From IMG/VR virus record IMGVR_UViG_3300046171_000069, positions 1-58,218 of that record: a stretch of DNA of 58,218 nucleotides; one strand, 5' to 3'. The stretch is from a virus. Lineage: Duplodnaviria; Caudoviricetes. Positions 1-15,680 of this stretch are shown piece by piece. The position numbers and the translations under genes are program-made. How positions within the stretch are numbered: position 1 is the first letter of the stretch; the number at the start of each line of letters is the position of its first letter. Below the pieces are notes generated by a model. That model was given only the letters and a program-made list of their open reading frames with translations. It made no database searches and was not told the origin of the DNA.

Positions 1-1369
1 AGAAAATGCCTCTTTCGGGTATTGGACTTTATCTGACAACACGACAGGAAACTACAATACCGCTTTAGGAAGCAGGTCGCTAAGAGCAAATACAACAGCA
101 GCAGGCAACACCGCAGTTGGATATAGCGCTTTACACCTTAACACTACAGGAGCCACAAATACTGCTGTAGGTAATGCTTCTTTAGATGCTAATACAACAG
201 GAAGTAATAATGTTGCTGTCGGTGATAATGCATTGGGTGCTAATACAACTGCGTCAAACAATACCGCGATCGGTCAAAACTCAGGCTCCGCAATAACTAC
301 TGGAACGAAGAACACCATTCTTGGTTCTTACAACGGCAACCAAGGCGGCCTCGACATCCGCACCTCAAGCAATAACATCGTCTTGTCAGATGGTGACGGT
401 AATCCACGTCAGGTGATTAACAGCTCAGGCAATGTCGGTATAGGAACTGTGTCGCCTGCCAGATTATTTCATGTGGCGGCAGGAGTAGGAACTACACCAT
501 CTACCAGTGGTTTAGGGATTCTTGCTTTAACACAAAATAATTCTAACGAAGCAAACTCTGCTGGTTACGGAATAATAGCTGGCAACACTGGAAATGCCTC
601 TATATTTTTTGGCGACTCTGACGATGCAGATATAGGTAGTATTAAATACGAACATAATACCAATGAAATGGTATTCACAGCTAATACTTCAGAAGCAATG
701 CGTATCGACAGCTCTGGCAATGTCGGTATAGGAGACACAGACCCCGACACTGGGCTAACAATAGGCAGTTCGTTTTTAACTAACAGTGTTGCTGGAGCGT
801 CTGTCAAAGTCAAAGCTATTGCAAGTAGTAGCATATTAGAAATAGGCCAAGATGGAAATAACTCTGCGCTCCTTACACTTACAAATAGTAGTGGAACCGA
901 AACAATCAGAGCGGCGGGCCATAATGGAGCTTTAACGATTACAGGAGCGCTGTCAAAAGGCTCTGGCTCGTTTAAAATTGACCATCCACTGCCTTCTAAA
1001 ACAGACACGCACCACCTAGTCCACTCTTTTGTAGAAGCGCCGCAAGCTGACAACATTTATCGTGGCAAAGTAGATTTAATTGATGGCTCTGCGTCAGTCA
1101 ACATTGACGCTATTGCGGGGATGACAGAAGGCACGTTTGTTTTGCTCAACAGAGACGTGCAGTGTTTTACATCAAATGAATCAGGTTGGACTGCTGTAAA
1201 AGGCACTGTCAGTGGGAATATCTTAGCAATTACGGCGCAGGATAATACTTGCACAGATGCAATTTCATGGCTGGTTATTGGCGAACGGCAAGATCAGCAT
1301 ATGTTTGACACAGAATGGACTGACTCTAACGGGAAGGTCATCGTAGAGCCTCTTAAAGGAGCTAACTAA
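1..1369 (+). CDS. Long tail fibre, C-terminal part (continuation of the 55004..58218 ORF)
   Basis: Frame 2 is open from base 2 (ENASFGYWTLSDNTTGNYNTALG...), with 17-aa NTAVGxxAL..NTTG repeats, GNVGIGT repeats and a C-terminal SKGSGSFKIDHPL...HLVHSFVE domain. The ORF-track start at 233 is internal. Confidence 0.9.
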   Translation, partial: ENASFGYWTLSDNTTGNYNTALGSRSLRANTTAAGNTAVGYSALHLNTTGATNTAVGNASLDANTTGSNNVAVGDNALGANTTASNNTAIGQNSGSAITTGTKNTILGSYNGNQGGLDIRTSSNNIVLSDGDGNPRQVINSSGNVGIGTVSPARLFHVAAGVGTTPSTSGLGILALTQNNSNEANSAGYGIIAGNTGNASIFFGDSDDADIGSIKYEHNTNEMVFTANTSEAMRIDSSGNVGIGDTDPDTGLTIGSSFLTNSVAGASVKVKAIASSSILEIGQDGNNSALLTLTNSSGTETIRAAGHNGALTITGALSKGSGSFKIDHPLPSKTDTHHLVHSFVEAPQADNIYRGKVDLIDGSASVNIDAIAGMTEGTFVLLNRDVQCFTSNESGWTAVKGTVSGNILAITAQDNTCTDAISWLVIGERQDQHMFDTEWTDSNGKVIVEPLKGAN

Positions 1370-1698
1370 TGGCTAGATGGACTATATCTACAATGGAACA
1401 CAACGTGTCAGACGGCGGTGTGATTGTAGCCCACTGGCGTGTAAATGACTCAGAGACTGTTGGTGACGACACCTACTCTGCTTCTGCATACGGCACTGCT
1501 TCGTTTACTTACGACGCATCTAGCCCCGATTTCACACCCTATGCCGATTTAACCGAAGAGCAGGTGTTAGGTTGGTGCTGGAGCGAAGAAGGTGGTGTTG
1601 ACAAGGACGCTGTTGAAGCGTCACTAGCGGCTAACATCGCAGAGCAAAAAAACCCAACAATTGAAAACGGCGTGCCGTGGAGCATAAACAATGACTGA
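1369..1698 (+). CDS. Conserved small acidic protein downstream of tail fibre (possible fibre assembly factor)
   Basis: AGGAG RBS, TAATG coupling and an FTPYADLTEEQVLGW...GVPW pattern typical of post-fibre phage genes. Confidence 0.7.
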   Translation: MARWTISTMEHNVSDGGVIVAHWRVNDSETVGDDTYSASAYGTASFTYDASSPDFTPYADLTEEQVLGWCWSEEGGVDKDAVEASLAANIAEQKNPTIENGVPWSINND

Positions 1699-1936
1699 CG
1701 AAGTAAGAACCGCTGAAGAGCGCACACAGGACTTTACTGCTATGGGTCATAGCGTAGACCTAATCAACGCCCTTATTGCCGGTGACCACGACGAGTGGGA
1801 AGCCGACGAGCGTCAAGACTGCTGTGACCGTAACGTAGCTCACCTTGAGATTATGGTTGCCAAGGACGATTGGGATGGCGAGGACATGACTGCCGCTAAT
1901 GCCGCAATTACTGCGGGACAGGGCTATACAGCATGA
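1691..1936 (+). CDS. Hypothetical acidic phage protein
   Basis: 81-aa ORF overlapping its neighbours in the operon. Confidence 0.7.
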   Translation: MTDEVRTAEERTQDFTAMGHSVDLINALIAGDHDEWEADERQDCCDRNVAHLEIMVAKDDWDGEDMTAANAAITAGQGYTA

Positions 1937-2100
1937 TTCTGCAACTAATATCTGACCTAGCGGCGATTGCGCCTATGGTTGTTACCGTGTGTTCAATTAT
2001 TGCGGCAGTTACCGAAACCCCAAAAGACGACGTTTGGATCGGCAAGCTGTACCGCTTTATTGACATCATGGCGATCAATGTAGGCAAGGCCAAACACTAA
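1933..2100 (+). CDS. Small membrane protein (55 aa, ETPKDD motif), possibly holin-like; absent from ORF track
   Basis: ATGA overlap with the upstream stop. Translates MILQLISDLAAIAPMVVTVCSIIAAVTETPKDDVWIGKLYRFIDIMAINVGKAKH. Confidence 0.7.
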   Translation: MILQLISDLAAIAPMVVTVCSIIAAVTETPKDDVWIGKLYRFIDIMAINVGKAKH

Positions 2101-2121
2101 CCAACCACAGGAGAAACTGAC

Positions 2122-2340
2122 ATGGGAAAAAATGAACAGACCCCCATCACAGTGAACGAAAAAGAGTACATTCTTGAAGACATGACTGACCAGCAGAAAA
2201 CCCTGCTGAATCACGTAAATGACTTAGATAGAAAACTCAACAGCGCACGATTTAACCTTGACCAACTATCCTTTGGTCGAGAGAAGTTTTTTGAAGAACT
2301 TGTTAAATCGCTCGAAACCCAAGACGAAGTAGACGAATAA
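2122..2340 (+). CDS. Hypothetical coiled-coil protein
   Basis: AGGAG RBS, 72 aa. Confidence 0.75.
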   Translation: MGKNEQTPITVNEKEYILEDMTDQQKTLLNHVNDLDRKLNSARFNLDQLSFGREKFFEELVKSLETQDEVDE

Positions 2341-2344
2341 AAGG

Positions 2345-2626
2345 ATGGTGCCCGTGGACGATCAAGCAGTACGTCTTAATAGGATTGAGGCAAAGCTCGA
2401 TAAAATAACCGAAGCTATGACCATGATCGCCCGCGTGGATGAAAAGTTGGTGGCTAATCAAGCCCGAACAGATCGGTTAGAGTACCGTTTGGACGAGCAA
2501 GAAGCTGATATAGACGGCTTAAAGTCAGTGGTCGGGTACAACACTCAAAGCGTTAAAGTTGCCGAGCGTTTTATCTGGATTCTTATATCGTCGATCGTTG
2601 GGTTGGCAACCTACTACATGCGATGA
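2345..2626 (+). CDS. Coiled-coil protein with C-terminal TM helix (holin/XhlA-like)
   Basis: RLNRIEAKLDK heptads followed by FIWILISSIVGLATYY; adjacent to the lysis genes. Confidence 0.6.
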   Translation: MVPVDDQAVRLNRIEAKLDKITEAMTMIARVDEKLVANQARTDRLEYRLDEQEADIDGLKSVVGYNTQSVKVAERFIWILISSIVGLATYYMR

Positions 2627-3018
2627 TTGATCAACTGATTGGCCCTATATCTGGTTTGCTTGACAAATTTGTCGAGGATAAAGACCAGAAAGCCAAACTT
2701 GCACATGATATTGCAACAATGGCTGAACGCCATGCCCATGAAGCCAACATGGGTCAACTTGAGGTCAACAAGGCCGAGGCGCAACACCGATCTATTTTCG
2801 TTGCAGGCTGGCGTCCTTTCTTAGGTTGGGGACTGTCTTTCGCTATGGTGTGGCATTTTGTCCTTGTGCCAATGATTACCTTTGGGTTTGCTTTTGCAGG
2901 TGCGGATATACCACAACTTCCTGCGTTTGACATGGACTCGTTAATGACGGTGCTTATGGGGATGCTGGGTTTAGGCGGATTACGCACGTATGAAAAAACA
3001 AAAGGCTTAACTCAATGA
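2623..3018 (+). CDS. Holin, 3-TM (GTA-type holin family)
   Basis: SIFVAGWRPFLGW and LMGMLGLGGLRTYEK signatures; lies directly before the lysozyme. Confidence 0.85.
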   Translation: MIDQLIGPISGLLDKFVEDKDQKAKLAHDIATMAERHAHEANMGQLEVNKAEAQHRSIFVAGWRPFLGWGLSFAMVWHFVLVPMITFGFAFAGADIPQLPAFDMDSLMTVLMGMLGLGGLRTYEKTKGLTQ

Positions 3019-3443
3019 GCAAACTAATAAAACAACTAAGAAGACATGAGGGTGTGCGTTCACACGTTTATACGTGTCCCGCTGGTTACGAAACCATTGG
3101 AGTTGGCAGAAACATTGCCGAATCTGGATTGGGCCTATCTGAAGATGAAATAGACTATCTCCTCGAAAATGACATCAAAAGATGCAAACAAGAGCTTATT
3201 GCGCTGTCTTGGTTCACTGATCTTGATTCGGTTCGGCAAGACGCGATGGTCAACTTGTGCTTTAATCTTGGTATGACGCGTCTAATGACGTTTAAGAAGG
3301 CATTAGCGGCTATGACAATAGGGGACTACTCTACCGCCGCAGATGAGTTTATGGACTCTAAATGGGCGACTCAGGTGGGTTCTCGTGCGGATGAAGTGAC
3401 TGAAATGGTCCGCACAGGTCGTTATGGAGAGGGTTATGCGTAA
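3015..3443 (+). CDS. Endolysin, T4-like lysozyme (GH24)
   Basis: RHEG...YTCPAGYETIGVG (E-x8-C-x5-T triad), FNLG, SKWATQVGSRA. Confidence 0.9.
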   Translation: MSKLIKQLRRHEGVRSHVYTCPAGYETIGVGRNIAESGLGLSEDEIDYLLENDIKRCKQELIALSWFTDLDSVRQDAMVNLCFNLGMTRLMTFKKALAAMTIGDYSTAADEFMDSKWATQVGSRADEVTEMVRTGRYGEGYA

Positions 3444-3644
3444 TACGATAGAAGCACATACAACGAAAACGGCGTTGAACCTACACATACAGTAGAAGTC
3501 GTTTGTGCTCATTGCGGCTATGATCTTGACGAATCAGAGCTAGAAGCCGACACTTGTTCAGACTGTAACCAACCTCTTAACTTAAAAGAGAGCGTATCGA
3601 TACAAGTAACCACGTTGCCGCCAGTATTTGGCGACACTTTATAG
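3436..3644 (+). CDS. Small zinc-ribbon protein (one frameshift near 3460, probably a sequencing error)
   Basis: Restoring one base gives MRNTIEAHTNENGVEPTHTVEVVCAHCGYDLDESELEADTCSDCNQPLNL... with two CxxC motifs. Confidence 0.65.
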
Positions 3645-3651
3645 GTGCGTT

Positions 3652-5521
3652 ATGGCTCTAAAAAAGTTAGCTTTCAAGCCGGGAATTAACCGCGAAGTAA
3701 CTCGTTACACTAATGAGAATGGGTGGTATGAGTGCGATAAAGTGCGATTTCGGCAGGGTTACCCTGAAAAAATAGGTGGTTGGGAGCGCATCTCTGTATC
3801 TACGTTTCAAGGTATCTGTCGTTCCCTATCAAACTGGATAACGCTTGGTAGTATCAACCTTATCGGCGTAGGAACACACCTTAAGTTTTACCTTGAGGAA
3901 GGCGGCGGATACAACGACATTACACCTATCCGCGCAACTACCGCCGCTGGAGATGTGACCTTTGCGGCTACTAACGGTTCAACCACACTAACTGTAACTG
4001 ATAGCGGACACGGCGCACGTGAGGGAGATTTTGTTACTTTTAGTGGCGCGGTAACACTTGGCGGTAACATTACTGCTGATGTGTTAAACGCTGAGTATCA
4101 GATAGTCACTGTCCCAAGCATCAATACGTACACCATCACCGCAACTGCCACTGCTAATTCTTCGGATACAGGCAACGGCGGTTCATCTGTTGTGGGTGCG
4201 TACCAGATACGCTCAGGCGAGCCTTATGAAGTCCCTCTGACTGGTTGGGGCGGTGGTACATGGGGTGCAGGCACTTGGGGTACTGGCTCAGTATCTACCG
4301 AATCTATCCGTCTTTGGAGTCAGTCTAACTTCGGTGAAGACTTAATATTTGGACCGCGTGGCGGCAGGTATTTTTTATTGGGACGCAACTAACGGTGTAA
4401 GCACGCGTGGAGTGTACTTAAGCTCGTTATCAGGCGCATCCAACGTACCTACAAAACAGAACTTTATTCTTGTGTCTGATGTAAGCCGGTTTGTCTTTTG
4501 TTTTGGGGTAAACCTTTTAGCTTCTGGCACGTTCGACCCCATGCTAATTCGCTGGTCAGACCAAGAAGACCCTACAAATTGGACTCCCGCATCTACAAAT
4601 CAGGCTGGATCTATTCGGCTTTCAAAAGGCACTGAAATTGTAACCGCAAAGCAGTCGCGCCAAGAAATACTGGTTTGGACTGATTCATCTGTGTATTCGC
4701 TTCAGTACCAAGGTGCTCCCATTGTATGGAGTACACAGTTGGTTGGAGACAACATATCGATTGCTTCTCAGAATGCTGTGGCGTTCTCTAGTGGTGTTGC
4801 TTTTTGGATGGGTAAAGACAAGTTTTACGCTTATGACGGTCGTACTCAGACGCTTCCTTGCGACGTACGTAGGTTTGTATTTAACGATTTTAACGAGTTG
4901 CAGTATGACCAAGTAACGGCGGGTACAAACGAAGCATTCCATGAAATTTGGTGGTTTTATTGCTCACAAAATAGTCAAACTAATGACAGGTATGTGGTTT
5001 ACAACTATCTAGAAAAGACGTGGTATTACGGCACGATGGCACGTACTGCGTGGTTAGATTCAGGACTGCGTGATTATCCGTTAGGTGCTTCGTATCAGTA
5101 CAACCTTGTTAATCACGAGTTTGGTACCGACGACAACGAAACTGGAACGCCTGCCGCGATTACTGCAACGATAACTTCGGGTCAGTTTGACATAGACGAT
5201 GGAGATCGTTTTGCCTTTGTTTGGCGAGTTATGCCGGATATGACGTTTGATGGATCTACAGCAGATTCTCCGCACGCAACGATGAGCTTGTTACCCCTCG
5301 CAAATTCAGGATCTGGGTACAACAGTCCTACATCCGAGGGCGGATCTAATTCTGGGACGGTAACTCGTACAGCTACAGTGCCGATTGAGCAGTTTACAGG
5401 CCAAGCAAACATCCGTGTGCGTGGTCGCCAGATGTCTATAAAAATAGAATCGGATTCGTTAGGAGTAAAATGGCAGTTAGGGTCGCCTCGGATTGACTTA
5501 CGCCCTGATGGGAGGCGTTAA
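3652..5521 (+). CDS. Tail tubular/head-stabilisation (P22 gp10-like nozzle) protein, split by a +1 frameshift near 4367
   Basis: Starts MALKKLAFKPGINRE. The ORFs 3628..4392 and 4349..5521 join as GPRGG-GIFYWDA. Beta-rich, with DPMLIRWSDQE and a C-terminal RIDLRPDGRR. Confidence 0.75.
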
Positions 5522-6138
5522 TGGCTAATGAGCTAGAACGCCCTGCACCTCCTGCGCTACCTCTTGCGACTGAAACTTATGATCGCCCGTTTATGGACCA
5601 GAACAGCAATGTTCTACGTCTGTTTTTTACGCGTCTTGTGAATGCGTTTGATAACTTAGTTAGTACCGACAACGGGGGTAAGTTCCTTTACAGTCCTGTA
5701 GGCACGTTTTATAGCACGCAAGATCAGACCGCCGCCGCTACAAACACTGGTTACGCAGTTACCTTTAATAACACGGTACTTAATAGCGGAATTACTTTAT
5801 CTAACAACAGCCGTATAAACGTCGCAAATGCAGGGGTGTATCAGTTCAACGTAACGTTGCAGTTAGAGCACAACAACGCCAGTGATGCACAAATAACAAT
5901 CTACGAAGAGAAGAATGGTAGTGCTGTATCGTATTCAGGGCACCAATTCCATACAAAAGGTAATGACTACGAAGCAATAAATTGGGAGTTTATGACCTCT
6001 TTAGCGGCAGGTGATTACATAGAAATTTACTGGGCAACGGATGACACGAGTCTAAACTTACACACAGAAGCGGCCTCTTCTCCGCACCCCGGTATACCGT
6101 CTGCGTCTATTGACGTGACGTTTGTAAGTAATGTGTAG
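5521..6138 (+). CDS. Virion structural protein with C1q/TNF-like beta C-terminus
   Basis: TAATG coupling; [17 protein letters not shown] and [11 protein letters not shown] patterns. Confidence 0.7.
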   Translation: MANELERPAPPALPLATETYDRPFMDQNSNVLRLFFTRLVNAFDNLVSTDNGGKFLYSPVGTFYSTQDQTAAATNTGYAVTFNNTVLNSGITLSNNSRINVANAGVYQFNVTLQLEHNNASDAQITIYEEKNGSAVSYSGHQFHTKGNDYEAINWEFMTSLAAGDYIEIYWATDDTSLNLHTEAASSPHPGIPSASIDVTFVSNV

Positions 6139-6146
6139 GCAATAAT

Positions 6147-12646
<6,500 letters not shown>

Positions 12647-12657
12647 GGTAAGTTACT

Positions 12658-13563
12658 ATGACAACAGATGATACTGGCTCAGGCACAACAGATACACCAC
12701 CGCCTACAGAAGACCCTAATGTAGGACAAAAAGTCGGCTCAGAGTCTTCGCTATCCTCGTGGGTCGGGCCTTACGTAACTGAAATGTTAGGGCGCGGTGC
12801 CGCTCTTGCAGATATGCCCTATGAAGCCTATTTTGGACCACTAACGGCGGGCGAATCAGATCTTCAAAGGCAGGCGTTTCAAGGAATAGCGGGGTTGGCT
12901 ACACCTGAAGACATGGGCGCGTATGACCCCGGCTCGTTTACTGATTTTGATGTACAACAAAATTACATGAATCCCTACATTGAGGGGGTTCTTAACCCTC
13001 AACTAGATGAACTTCGCCGGCAAGCGGAACTATCTCGCGTAGAGCAGGCGGGCAAATTAACGCGTGCAGGTGCATTCGGTGGCTCCCGACAACAGCTCGC
13101 AGAAAGCGAGTTAACACGTAATTTACTTGACAAAGTAACTCAAGCTACGGGCCAAGCATATTCTGATGCGTTTGAACGCGGGCGACAGCAATTCAATATT
13201 GAACAAGATCGTGGTATGTCTGCCCAAGAAATGGCGAACACTTACGGGTTACGTGTGTTAGCTGACCAACTTGCCGCTGGTGCACAACAACGAGGCATCG
13301 AACAAGAGGGTATTTTTGCAGACAGAGCGCAATTTGAAGAGGAGCGGGACTTCCCTTATAAGCAGGTGCAGTACATGCAGTCGCTACTGCAAGGGCTACC
13401 TTTGACAGCGCAATCATATTCGTACACGCAACCTAGCCAATTTTCTCAACTTCAGGGTGGGTCGGCGGATATTTTAAACTATCTAAGACTTCTATTCCCT
13501 GACTTGTTTGGTAGGGGCGGCGGTAATAATGACGGTGGTAATAATGACGATGGTGGAGATTAA
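12658..13563 (+). CDS. Putative DNA ejection (pilot) protein
   Basis: GAGG RBS; Gln/Ala-rich, with YMNPYIEGV and AGAFGGSRQ motifs typical of podovirus ejection proteins. Confidence 0.7.
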   Translation: MTTDDTGSGTTDTPPPTEDPNVGQKVGSESSLSSWVGPYVTEMLGRGAALADMPYEAYFGPLTAGESDLQRQAFQGIAGLATPEDMGAYDPGSFTDFDVQQNYMNPYIEGVLNPQLDELRRQAELSRVEQAGKLTRAGAFGGSRQQLAESELTRNLLDKVTQATGQAYSDAFERGRQQFNIEQDRGMSAQEMANTYGLRVLADQLAAGAQQRGIEQEGIFADRAQFEEERDFPYKQVQYMQSLLQGLPLTAQSYSYTQPSQFSQLQGGSADILNYLRLLFPDLFGRGGGNNDGGNNDDGGD

Positions 13564-13568
13564 ATCCA

Positions 13569-15677
13569 ATGTCTATCGATAGAGAAATTAATCAGCGTGT
13601 AGAAGCCTACGGCAACAATCCCGGTGCACTGAAGAAGCGCTACGCCGCGTCTAAACAACTTATTGACCTACTTGCGCTTCAACGCCTGAAGTCTCAGAAA
13701 GAAGCTACCGCACGTCAAATCCAGATGGAAATGGAGCAGATGCCCGGCACTATCAAGGCGCAACGTGAGAAAGAACTCATGGGCCAAAGCGTGCAGGATC
13801 TCACCAAGCGTACTGCCGATACCATGCGTAATATGGCGCAGAAAAAGCAGATGAAAGCCGTGCAAAAAGGTATGGCCGAACGCGCCAAGGGACTAGCGGG
13901 ACTTACTGGTAACCCTCAGATGGCTATGGCGCAACAGAATCGGCCTCAACAACCTCAGCGTATGCAAGCGGGCGGTATTGTTGCGTTAGCGGGTGGTGGA
14001 GATGTTGAAGGTGACAACGCCGAAGTAAAAAGGGAAATTCAAAGACTCATTAATATGGGTTATTCCGACGAAGAAATTAAAGGGATGCTGTCCAAAACTC
14101 CTGAAGAGGTAATTAAGTCGGTTCGTAGACAGCAACAAGAAGACATGCGGGCATCCGGTAAGGGCATACCGGCTGAGAAAGGGCAAGATATTCCTGCTGG
14201 TAGAGAATTTGATGAACCTAAAAAAGAAGAGACCCGTCGTGGAGGACGTTTAGCAGAATCTGGACGTGTAGAAGAAAAAGCCAGAGAAGCGGCTCCTAGA
14301 CCTGATTCTCTATTTGGTCAAGCAAAACCAGATGATGTTGAAGAACTTAAGAGGCGTGGATTATTACCTCCTAATTTTAAAGGTAGTATATCTTCTAGAC
14401 GAGCAGAAGAAATGTTGGCTAGGCCAGCGCAAGCACCAGAAAAACCAGAAGGCATCGCCGCTGTAGCAGAGAAAGCACAACCGCAAGAATCTGTCGGTGT
14501 TCTTAGAAGTGACGCTAACAAACCATCGACCGACAGCATCGTTGATAAACTTATCGCACCTAAAGAAGCAGGCATGGAAGAGAAAATTCCTGAGACTGCT
14601 ATCAAGAACGTGAAAAACGGAAAAGTTGACGAGGCGTTTGATTTACGTAAAGAACTTGATGCGCTACCAGAGCTAAAAGCTGAAACAGTAGATCGAGAAG
14701 GTGCTGACGAGCGTGGTATGGAAGTGCTTAAGATGTTTGGTAGAGCACCTGAAGATCTTGAATCTCCTAAAGAGGCGGGCAGATTAGCGAAAGAAGAGTC
14801 TTACAGAGACTATGGTATTGAGGCTAAAGACAAAGAACGCCGAGCAGGATTAGCACAGCTTGAAGCGCTCGATAAAGCGCAAAGAGATCCCAGAAAGTTA
14901 CGTCAAGAGCGCCTAATGGCTAGCCTGATTGCCGGTAGTCGAGGTGGCCTAGGTTCAGCGGCGGCAGGAGGCGCACGTGCGGCGCAATCACAAGGACGTG
15001 CTTTGCGTGAACGCCAAAAAGAGCGAATGAGTATTGTCAAAGACATTCAGCAGTCGAATACAGATCTAGTTAAGTTAGCGAAAGGTGACCAAAAAGCGGC
15101 TATTGAACGCCAGACAAACATGATCACCAACGCTATGAACACCCTATCTGGGTACGAAACGACTGAAATGCAGACGCGAGCTACTGAAGCAACTAACAGA
15201 AACGCAACGCAAATTGCCAACTACGAAGGTAAAGTTGCTCGCATAGAAATGCTGGCTGATGACGCGCAGAACAAGATAGAAAACCGTATAGCAACGGGTG
15301 AGGTTTACCAAGACGCTGTTGACCAAGCTATGGATTCGATGAAAGAAGTTTCAGAACGTCTTGATGAGCTGACACAACAAGCTGTACAGGTTGATCCTAT
15401 CGTAAGAAAAATTAAAGAAGAGTTGGATGAAGAGCTAGAAAGAGAAGCAGGACTTAATCCGTTTAGCCGCGATCCTGATCCAGAGAAAGTTTCAGAACTA
15501 CGAAAGAAATTAGTAGAGCGTATAGAACAGCTTGAAGCAGGTATGTTACTTGCTAACCCCAAGTTGTACGAAAGATTTAATAGCCTTAAAAATGCTATCT
15601 TGAAAGCGGAAGGTAGTAGGGACCGCGCACTTTTACCTCCAGAAGATGAAGCCTATATAAGACAATTTTCGGGGTAA
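13569..15677 (+). CDS. Putative internal virion protein, coiled-coil
   Basis: 702 aa, helical and charged, with an MQAGGIVALAGGG motif. Confidence 0.7.
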   Translation: MSIDREINQRVEAYGNNPGALKKRYAASKQLIDLLALQRLKSQKEATARQIQMEMEQMPGTIKAQREKELMGQSVQDLTKRTADTMRNMAQKKQMKAVQKGMAERAKGLAGLTGNPQMAMAQQNRPQQPQRMQAGGIVALAGGGDVEGDNAEVKREIQRLINMGYSDEEIKGMLSKTPEEVIKSVRRQQQEDMRASGKGIPAEKGQDIPAGREFDEPKKEETRRGGRLAESGRVEEKAREAAPRPDSLFGQAKPDDVEELKRRGLLPPNFKGSISSRRAEEMLARPAQAPEKPEGIAAVAEKAQPQESVGVLRSDANKPSTDSIVDKLIAPKEAGMEEKIPETAIKNVKNGKVDEAFDLRKELDALPELKAETVDREGADERGMEVLKMFGRAPEDLESPKEAGRLAKEESYRDYGIEAKDKERRAGLAQLEALDKAQRDPRKLRQERLMASLIAGSRGGLGSAAAGGARAAQSQGRALRERQKERMSIVKDIQQSNTDLVKLAKGDQKAAIERQTNMITNAMNTLSGYETTEMQTRATEATNRNATQIANYEGKVARIEMLADDAQNKIENRIATGEVYQDAVDQAMDSMKEVSERLDELTQQAVQVDPIVRKIKEELDEELEREAGLNPFSRDPDPEKVSELRKKLVERIEQLEAGMLLANPKLYERFNSLKNAILKAEGSRDRALLPPEDEAYIRQFSG

Positions 15678-15680
15678 GCC

